Source: Eledone cirrhosa (taxonomy: Eukaryota). From it: a DNA stretch of 64,000 bases. Below are positions 55,592 to 64,000 of the stretch, piece after piece. A model generated the notes under the pieces. That model had not been told where the DNA came from and did no database searches. It was given only the letters and a program-made list of their open reading frames with translations. The translations under genes were made by a program, and so were the position numbers. Each line of letters opens with the position of its first letter. Within the stretch, counting starts at the first letter, position 1. The stretch is taken from the NCBI GenBank assembly GCA_964016885.1, contig OZ024758.1, positions 1,426,001 through 1,490,000 on the forward strand, read 5' to 3'.

Positions 55592-56920
55592 TCAAATAGT
55601 GTGGCACATTTTCATGAGTTTCGTCCTTCTTGTGAAGGTAACATTTCCGTCTGATTGGCGATTAGTCTTCAATGAAGCACAGGAAGTTGCACCACTTGCA
55701 TATTGTATCTTCCCATAGAGGCGAGTCAACAACCGTAAATTGTAATTGCCATCCCTGTGGCGGTGACCCTCGAAGTTTCCAGCCTTTGTTGTTTGATGAA
55801 GAGCTAGGACGGTGTCAGACACGTCTATCAAAGTCTGTTTCTTTTTGATAGCATTTATTACTAGCCAATTGTCGTATGCTCTTCGACCAATGACTACGTC
55901 CGGTATAGCTTTCCAAGGATAACTATATGACGTAATGAAATAGTCTTCAGCATTTCGTAGAAAGGGTTTTCCGCGCCTTTTAGCAGTGCTCTTCATAACA
56001 CTCCAGGTAATAACTTCATGGGGCATGACATTTAATACGTTAGTCCGGATTCCGATCATTAATAAAGGTTTAGTGAGATCTTGGGTTTTGGCCGTTGCCC
56101 AAAGTGTTTTTAAAAGATTATCATCGTATAAAATGTCTGCATTTGAATAAGCATAAAATAATGTTCGAAATTTAGACATAACGTCTACATACATATCTTT
56201 CAGAACCGGTGCACCACCAGCGGCAATACGCCTAATTGGTAATGCTGTCCATCCGTCAGATTCACACTGTTTATTTAGATATTCATCGCCACTGAAGACA
56301 ATTGGTGATGGAACAAAAGGTATTAATTTTTTCCAATTTTTCACTGTATTATTGTAGGCTATGAATTTTGCTTTCATAACTTTCCATGTTGTAAAAAGTG
56401 TTAGCAAAGGTAAAGTTTTATTTAAACTTAACAATGTGCGATATTCTTCAAAGGAAGATATATTTTTTATGTCAATTAATGAATTTAGTGTACTAGAATT
56501 TGCTGGTACTTGAGTTGCATTCTGTCTAGTGGAGGATATGGTAGATTTGATGGCATCTTTTGTACCTGGACGTACTTTTGCTTCGTTAGAAGATTCACTA
56601 GGCGCTTGATATTTTAATCTAGCTGATACTGATGTGCCGTTATTACTCAAAGAATAGTTAGAAGTAGTTGATGGTGTCATCATGTACCGCAACAATGTAG
56701 CGTTATTCTCCAAGTTTGGTTTAAAGACGTTATTATAAACATGTGGAGTAAACGGTGAGTTTTTATTTATAGCATGTATAATAGACTGGAACAGGTGAGG
56801 GTGACCGAACACGGAGTTGACATTTTGATACAAATAGAAGTAAATTGTAACCAAACACATGAACGAAACTGCTATCTTCCAATTGAAAATTCGTTTGTTC
56901 AAGCATCGACAAAATGCCAT
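55592..56920 (-). CDS. Uncharacterised type II membrane glycosyltransferase-like (GT-A fold-like) protein, 442 aa, intronless CDS
   Basis: Only long, non-repetitive ORF. Likely true ATG at 56920 (MAFCRCLNKR); the track start at 56980 is TTG. Short basic tail, TM helix (IAVSFMCLVTIYFYLY), Ser/Thr/Asn-rich stem with many N-X-S/T sites, then a globular domain with LLTLFTTW, YAYSNADIL (DxD-like), IGIRTNV, EDYFI, VVIGRRAYDNWLV, IDVSDTVLALHQ. Upstream splice acceptor (tccttttag|G, exon starts 57091); AATAAA at 55411-55406. Confidence 0.88.
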   Translation of the reverse strand: MAFCRCLNKRIFNWKIAVSFMCLVTIYFYLYQNVNSVFGHPHLFQSIIHAINKNSPFTPHVYNNVFKPNLENNATLLRYMMTPSTTSNYSLSNNGTSVSARLKYQAPSESSNEAKVRPGTKDAIKSTISSTRQNATQVPANSSTLNSLIDIKNISSFEEYRTLLSLNKTLPLLTLFTTWKVMKAKFIAYNNTVKNWKKLIPFVPSPIVFSGDEYLNKQCESDGWTALPIRRIAAGGAPVLKDMYVDVMSKFRTLFYAYSNADILYDDNLLKTLWATAKTQDLTKPLLMIGIRTNVLNVMPHEVITWSVMKSTAKRRGKPFLRNAEDYFITSYSYPWKAIPDVVIGRRAYDNWLVINAIKKKQTLIDVSDTVLALHQTTKAGNFEGHRHRDGNYNLRLLTRLYGKIQYASGATSCASLKTNRQSDGNVTFTRRTKLMKMCHTI

Positions 56921-57185
56921 CTTGAAAGACGCAAAATGTCTAAATGTTATTGCCTTGTAAAGGCAATACAAAGGATCCAATCAAGCAGTCCGACTATCCT
57001 CGAATTGTGTAAACAGATGTAAAGAATTAGTAGATGACAGCCCTTTATTTGCGTTTTGGCCAAAGTTAGATGAGATCGTTACCCAATCAACCTAAAAGGA
57101 TGAATAAGAAAAATAAATATTAATAGTGTATGAAGACAAACAATTTATAAAAAGGCACTGTTGGAGAAGATACTAGTTAATAACA

Positions 57186-57254
57186 TTTGTTTTTACTTTC
57201 GGCACAAGGCCAGCAATTATCTCAGTGTATTACTGGTACTTTACCGACCCCGTA
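57186..57254 (-). mobile_element. SINE A 3' fragment (upstream of the GT-like gene's splice acceptor)
   Basis: ggcacaaggccagcaattatctcagtgtattactggtact. Confidence 0.7.
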
Positions 57255-57294
57255 ATAATATTGACCGATAAATTTCCTAAAATTTATGACTTTA

Positions 57295-57420
57295 TAGTTA
57301 AATAAACTAGTTAGATAAACTAGTAAAATATACTAGTTAAATAGACTAGTAAAATAAACTAGTTAAATAAATTAGTTAAATAAACTAGTTAAATATACTA
57401 GTTAAATAAACTAGTTAAAT
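57295..57420. repeat. 13-bp tandem repeat (taaactagttaaa)
   Basis: About 9 degenerate copies. Confidence 0.8.
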
Positions 57421-57559
57421 CAACATGTGGTGCATACCTTTCTTTTCCATTTCTTGTTTTATGGTAAATGTTAGTGTTTTCTAGATATCCAATGGTAGAA
57501 ATAGATATACAGCTATGGTGAAGAATTGAATGTTTCATCTCATTATTCTGTGTTCAGAA

Positions 57560-57890
57560 TGGATTGGCAGTATCGGTAGAGGGTCGGACGCCATGCTTTG
57601 AAGCATAGTTACGACCCTTTACGATATGAGTTCAAATCCCACCGAGGTTAACTTTATCTTTTATCCTTACGGGATCGATAAAATATAGTACCAGTAATAC
57701 ACTGGGATAATTGCTGGCCTTGTGCCAAAAGTAGAAACAATTATTCTGAGTTCAAATCCCGCCGAGGTTAGCTTTGCCTTTCATCCTTACGGAGTCGATA
57801 AAATAAAGTACCAGTAACACACTGGTTCGATTTAATCGACTTTCCCTTCCCCAAAAATTTGCTGGCCTTGTGCCTAAATCAGAAACCATT
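57560..57890 (+). mobile_element. SINE A dimer (short-tail full copy plus long-tail truncated copy) within one TSD
   Basis: CATTATTCT(G/C)TGTTCA at 57541 and 57888 brackets both units; junction at ~57745. Confidence 0.85.
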
Positions 57891-58329
57891 ATTCTCTGTT
57901 CAAATATTGTTAACATTGATTTTTACTTTATACCAGCCAAGTCTCGATAAAATACCAGTAATATAACAGGAAATTAAATAATCGTCCATATTACAACACT
58001 GTGTAACTTAATGAAAAGAAATTATAACACGCGATAGTCGTGAATCAAACAGATGCTTACAGTTATTATTCTGAGATCAAATTATTATCGGATCGATAAG
58101 ATATGTAGCAGGATCGATTATAATCCAACATGTCTGCTATACGGACAAAAACGTTAATGTAGTTACGCAGTTTGTATGATGGTTTAATGGGGGGGATAAA
58201 TTAAACAAGCTCTTACACGAGATTTTATTCCATGTGATAAATGCATGCATTGTCCCGTAACTCCTGGCTGAGTCGTAGGAGCGCCGTACAGACATACGAC
58301 GTTTCTAGGGTATTTTAAAACTTATTCCA

Positions 58330-58532
58330 GTGAGTGTCATGGGGGACAGAGTCCTCAAACACTCCCTCCAGCGGGTCCTGTCAGAAACAACCGTATTCAA
58401 CTGTTCTGACTGGATCCCCAAGCTCATCAATATTATTCAACCATCCTGCTCGGGGTCTACCCCTCAGCCTCCTGTCGATTGATTTTGCTCGTAAAATCTG
58501 TGAAGCGATTCTTTCCTGAGATATTCTAACCT
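58330..58532 (-). mobile_element. RTE-clade LINE 3' remnant
   Basis: Colinear with 29545-29760 (agagtcctcaaacactc...tgctcggggtct...gctcgtaaaatctg...ttctttcctgaga). Confidence 0.75.
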
Positions 58533-58703
58533 GAAGTTTTTAAATAATAGTTCCGGTGTGGAAAATCTATGTTGATTTGCGTTTTATGATAAGCCCCCAA
58601 CCAAGGGAATGTAAGGGCTACTTTAAAGTGTCAGTTGAAAACATGGCAAAGCATTTAACACATTGAACTCATGGACGAAACTGCTGATGAAAATTAGACG
58701 TGG

Positions 58704-58741
<38 letters not shown>

Positions 58742-58943
58742 TAGGGGGATGAATATGTGTGTGCGTTTGAGAGCAAGTGTGAGTGTGCGCGCGAACACAC
58801 ATATATATTTATATATATATGTGTATGTATGTATATATATATGTGTATGTATATATATATATGTGTGTATGTGTATGTATATATATATATATGTGTGTGT
58901 ATGTGTGTGTATGTATGTATATATATATATATGTGTGTGTATG

Positions 58944-58993
<50 letters not shown>

Positions 58994-59399
58994 TGTATAC
59001 AAGCTATCATATGTTGATGAATAATAGATATTTTCGTATATTGTTTCCTATTGAGAAGCTGCATTGTTTTATGGTTAACAATTTGTATATTGATTTCACT
59101 TTCTATGGTGTGAATAGCTGCTATTTAATAGTGCTGTCTTCGTCAGCAAAAACAAGATAACCATATAGGACAAAGAGAGTTGACAGGTCTGTATTCAGAT
59201 ATTAATAGACAAGAAACCAATCATATTCTGGTTCAATTCTCTATTTTAAAATATAGCTCTATATCTAATTTGAAAATGTCAATTTTGTATCAAAGAACTA
59301 ATTATTGATGAGCGTATCAAATATTATGGAGTGGGGTAGTTTCGAATGCAAGTTAAAATCAATTCGCTTCTCTTAAAATATTAATGGTTGTATCTATTG

Positions 59400-59786
59400 C
59401 TGACCTGCCAATCTCTAAAAACCCAAACAAGGAGGACCATGAAAAAAATACCCCCAAAACGTGGAGAAATAAAGCAAAATGGGGTGATTTTACATAATTA
59501 TTTCTACTTTTGGCACAAGGCCAGCAATTATCCAGTGTATTACTGGTACTTTATTTTATCGACCCCGTAAGGATGAAAGGCAAAGTTAACCTCGGCGGGA
59601 TTTGAACTTAGATCATAAAAGGCCGTAACTCCATGCTGCAAAGCATGGCGTCCAACCCTCTACCGATACTGCCAATCCGCCGCCCTATTTTACATAATGA
59701 AAGCTATACCCATTTTCACAAGAGAAGACATCTCTCATCCACCCCAAAGTGGGTGGGGGCCTCTCCGTTGGACGGGGAGAGGTCTG
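59400..59786. mobile_element. Same MITE in reverse orientation, interrupted by SINE A
   Basis: Reverse match to 17475-17669 on both sides of the SINE. Confidence 0.78.
59500..59686 (-). mobile_element. SINE A nested in a MITE, 12-bp TSD
   Basis: ATTTTACATAAT at 59488-59499 and 59687-59698. Confidence 0.88.
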
Positions 59787-60836
59787 CATGGCTGTTTAAA
59801 TAAAATATTTTTGCAAGTAAAATAAAGTCATTTGTCAACAAAATGACTTTTCCTTTTTGTTTCTATTCAATATTTATACCCGATGATTAACACTGGAGAA
59901 GAAATCTTTTTCTCATCGCATCGCTGAGAGTATTGACAAGATCAACTAGATCGACAAGATACTGCTAATCCTATCACCAACGCAAGCAACACTTATAAGC
60001 AACAAAACAGCCAAAAGCGACGCTGAAAGCTACACGCCACAAAGCCACGGAGAAGAATTGGCAAGTAATGTCTCTGAGAGTGCTTCGATTTCTGGTTTAA
60101 ACTATTCTAAGTTACACGACCAGATATCATCATTGAGTAAATGAATTTATGTCTTCATGACCTCGTACGTGATTTATTTAGCTCGGATGCAATGAAGTAT
60201 AACAATGAAAAAGCTTCTACATAGTAAAAAAAACCAACAAGTTCAATTATCAGTGATACAACATAGAGATTGTTTAGAAGAGGTTCTCTTCATTCAAGCC
60301 GCTAATCCATTCAATAAAGATATTGCCACTACACCATCAGTTTTACATTCCGTTACGAACCAGAAGACCATGTGCCTACCCAAGTGAAATTAATAGGGAA
60401 AAGGTGACAACATTAATCTAGTTTGACAGATCCAGGCAAACCTGATATATTTAGCAGAACCAGAGATTTACAAAATTTTCAAATTAAATGTTCTCGATCG
60501 ACATAAAACTAGTTATAAGAGAAGATGTGGTAAGGATCGGAATACTAATTTCTAGCTAATATTTCAATATTAATATTCATTTTATTCAAAAGTGTACTTA
60601 TAATGTCAAAAGGTGATAGTTATTTATATGGATTTTTATTGTAGTTTGGATATATTCCCGTTTATTTCGTTTGGACAGTATAAGCAACGCTTCTCTCCAT
60701 TACAGCAAACAATGCCAAACCTATTAATTATATATTCGATAGGAACGTTTTTTATTTTACTGAATTAATTTAAATTATTCAAATTATTTTTCAAAACATT
60801 CATCAACTATTATCTGCTTTTCTTTAGGAATTTGTT

Positions 60837-61082
60837 GAGGCGAATGGCCTAGTGGTGAGGTGTAGAACTTACGATCATAACGTCGTGGATTCGATTCCTG
60901 AACTAGGTTGTATGTTATTTTCTTGTGGAAAAACACTTCATTTCACGTTGTTCCTGTATACTCTGCTGAAAATGGCCTCCTGTTCAGGGTGATGTGGGAA
61001 GTCTTGTACTCTCCGACGCTTAACGCGACGGAAGTTGGGGTAAGTACTGGCTTGGTGAGCTTCCGTAGTCGAAACAGGCTTT
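60837..61082 (+). mobile_element. CORE-type tRNA SINE (family C)
   Basis: tggcctagtggt...ggattcgattcctg...aaaacacttcatttcacgttg...; colinear with the 25806 copy. Confidence 0.7.
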
Positions 61083-61658
61083 AAACTTTTAGTTATAAAT
61101 TTGTATTATTTCGCACTGTAAGTGATATTGATGAGAATGTAACATAAAGATGCAGAGTAGATGCCTTGTGGTGGTAAGTCCATAACGCATTGATTTGTAG
61201 CGAGCTTCTGGAGTCTTCAACTGTATATATTTATATGAAAGACAAGTCAGCTATCAACATCCTACCCTCACCTCACCTTGCCTGTGCTTTTGTACCAGTA
61301 TAAGAAACCAATAGATCAATTAATTTGATAGTGGTTATCGAGAACTGAAAGACAAGCAACACACAAATTTATCCAACAGTAAATTCATCTTTTGATCTCC
61401 GGCTCTGATATCCTTAAGAAAAACATGGAATTTACAAATTCCTATATTGTTATTTTATGGATTATATTGGATTTGCGTTTTATCAAAGAAAAAAAAAGGA
61501 ATGTATTCACATTTTAGTTCGTAGTGTATCAAGAAATAAGTTACAGACTAGATGACAGTATCATTGCCTTTGTAAACCATTTAAACATGAAGAGAAGTTA
61601 TATATGAATTTTGTTCTTATTATATGTATATATGTAAATATATATATATATATATAAA

Positions 61659-61951
61659 CAGACCTGCCAACCTCTAAAAACCCAAACGGGAACTACCATG
61701 AAAAAAGTGCCCCAAAACGGGGAGAAATGAGGAAAAATTGGAGTGGGTGAGGATCAGACCTGTCAACTCTCCCTGTCGGACGGGGGAGATCTCACAACCA
61801 CTTTGAGGTGGATAAGAGGTGTCTTCTCTTGTGAAAATGGGTGTAACTTTCATTATGTAAAATCTCCCCATTTTGCCTCATTTCTCCCCGTTTTGGGGCA
61901 CTTTTTTTCATAGTAATCCCTCATTTGGGTTTTTAGAGGTTGGCAGGTCTG
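61659..61951. mobile_element. Composite MITE with ~85-bp inverted termini
   Basis: 61755-61951 is a full unit; 61659-61743 is an inverted copy of its right end. Confidence 0.8.
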
Positions 61952-62837
61952 TTATTTGTGGTGGTGTGACAGTATATGTGACAAGATAGACTACGTGATT
62001 GGTGGACAGAACAGGTATGTTGACCCTAACACAACTAGGCTGCGCACAGTGACGACAATCTATGGCAATAGTTATAGCTGATTTCTCATAAACAATGCAC
62101 CAGTGTGTATCTGATTCAGTCAACTTGATCTGCATTTCTCATATCGTATGCATCATACATCTTTTGAAGGTAGATGAATAATAAATATATAATCAAGTAC
62201 GTCATGATTTAACTAATTTGGAGCTTGATAAAAGAAACTGTTTTTTTAATAAGCCAAATGATTTATTTACCATTCAAAAATAATATATTCTTAAATATGT
62301 ATATGAAATATATAAATTTTGCATATATAAGAACAGGGAAGATAGCATTTATCATAATATATAGGATATATTCAAGACACTGGAACAACGAATATATCTA
62401 AGTAGTATGACAGCAAAGTTGGAGAAAAGACAAATAAAAAACACCTTTTTACTAAGACGTCAATATTCTGATTGCTTTCTTTAGCACTAATCCACGGAGA
62501 AAAGGCAGAGTCAAATTAAACGATTCCAGTTCGTGATTTGCATTTATTTTAACGAGTCTCTTTGTATGAAACGCAACATTTGTCATAGAAAACTTTGATT
62601 TCGAATACATAGAACTAAATTCTATAAATCATGTTATGATGTTATCTAGCTTCTTCATCATGATATAGTAACTGGCACTCCGTCGGTGACGACGACGAAT
62701 ATTCAAGTTGATCCGATCAATAGATGAGCCTACTCGTGAAATTAACATGCAAGTGGCTAAGAAGTCCATATTTTTCTTTGAAATATGTACTTTGTATATA
62801 TATATACAATATATTGTGTATTCTGGTGAGATATATG

Positions 62838-62914
<77 letters not shown>

Positions 62915-63021
62915 TGTGTTACCCTTTCAACATATTGTATTTTAAAGAGCACGGGATTCCTTTTCATTTGAGCACATAATTTACAGGGAATAATGAGTCT
63001 ATGGCTCCGTTAATTTATTGT

Positions 63022-63068
<47 letters not shown>

Positions 63069-63741
63069 GTATATGTATATATGCGGCACTATATTTCCTA
63101 TTCTCTAAGCCTTCCACAGTCCACGACTCTAACATTTTGTGTCAGGCCGCCTCACGTGCAACACGTGGTGGTCATGTCACGCGCGTATTCCTGGACGTTT
63201 TAATGTCTTGATAAAGGTTCTGTCACGTGCATATATATATGGTTAATTGATTAATTGATCAGTTGATTAATTAACTAACTTAGTCTACTAACGAACATTC
63301 CTATCTTGGAGCGTTAATTAACCATTTATTTGTGCTGCTTATCGTATTTCCTTTCTGAGTTAGAAACAGCTGCAGTCTATCTCTTTTTTATATACAAGAT
63401 GTTTAAATTGCAGTACCAATAATTATATCTAGGGAACTCCTTCAGTTTCAGAGACCTTAACGCCTTTACATCAGCATGTCGGTGCATAATTTATTGGTTG
63501 TAAACTGATATCTTCATTATATATATATGAGTATTGCACCTTTAATACTATATATATATATAAGGGAACAAAGAATCAGTGTTGCATCACATACATAATT
63601 AATTACATATTATATATGTTTCACTGTCGATCAGCTCGAGGAACGATCTATTAATGATCGAGCCTGACTGTGGAATCGGAAGCTCCTCAGATATGTTTTA
63701 ACATGTAGACTTGCGTCTGAGAGTGGCACAAATTGCACCTA

Positions 63742-63773
<32 letters not shown>

Positions 63774-63787
63774 GGAGAGAGACAGAT

Positions 63788-63897
63788 TTGTTTCCGAAGA
63801 AGACGGTTTGATTGGACCTATATATGATAGTATACAGTTATATAACTGCTATAGATCAGTCAATATGATCAACCCTCCGAAACGATCGTAAAAACAA
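63788..63897 (+). mobile_element. Degenerate Penelope-type HHR end with long stem II
   Basis: TTGTTT-CCGAAGA-long imperfect hairpin-GAAAC GATC GTA-AAAACAA; palindromic stem III of the kind seen in PLE hammerheads. Confidence 0.4.
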
Positions 63898-63954
63898 TGA
63901 TATGAATAGGTAAAATAACTTGACTTTGTTTTCATTGTTAAATTAATATCTAAT

Positions 63955-64000
<46 letters not shown>

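Noticed and set aside
56921-56980. N-terminal 20 aa of the 462-aa ORF
   Set aside because: Begins at TTG; the first ATG at 56920 gives proper type II topology.

Overview
AT-rich eukaryotic (animal) DNA packed with microsatellites. The SINE families and repeat landscape look like an octopus/coleoid cephalopod genome (inferred from recalled repeat consensus, not searched). Nearly all listed ORFs are simple-repeat artefacts. Two credible minus-strand genes: (1) an intronless 442-aa type II membrane glycosyltransferase-like CDS (55592-56920); (2) a spliced C3HC4 RING gene resembling the N-terminus of bifunctional apoptosis regulator BFAR (exons at 37247-37021 and from 36612, possibly from 34958), apparently truncated or frameshifted. 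Mobile DNA includes about 25 tRNA-derived SINE copies or fragments in three groups (several with clean TSDs, dimers and a nested insertion), RTE-type LINE remnants, hAT, Tc1/mariner and pogo-like MITEs, and several minisatellites, one with a 160-bp higher-order repeat. The most notable hidden feature is a set of hammerhead ribozyme (HHR) motifs. One is a fully foldable type I HHR with a compensatory U3:A8 core (13501-13595, minus). Another pair sits in a 93-bp perfect palindrome, one HHR per strand (15417-15604). Degenerate or partial HHRs occur at 7643, 13265, 14377, 24280, 48.4/49.06 kb and 63.8 kb, several inside long inverted repeats next to (TA)n, as expected for Penelope-like retroelement ends.
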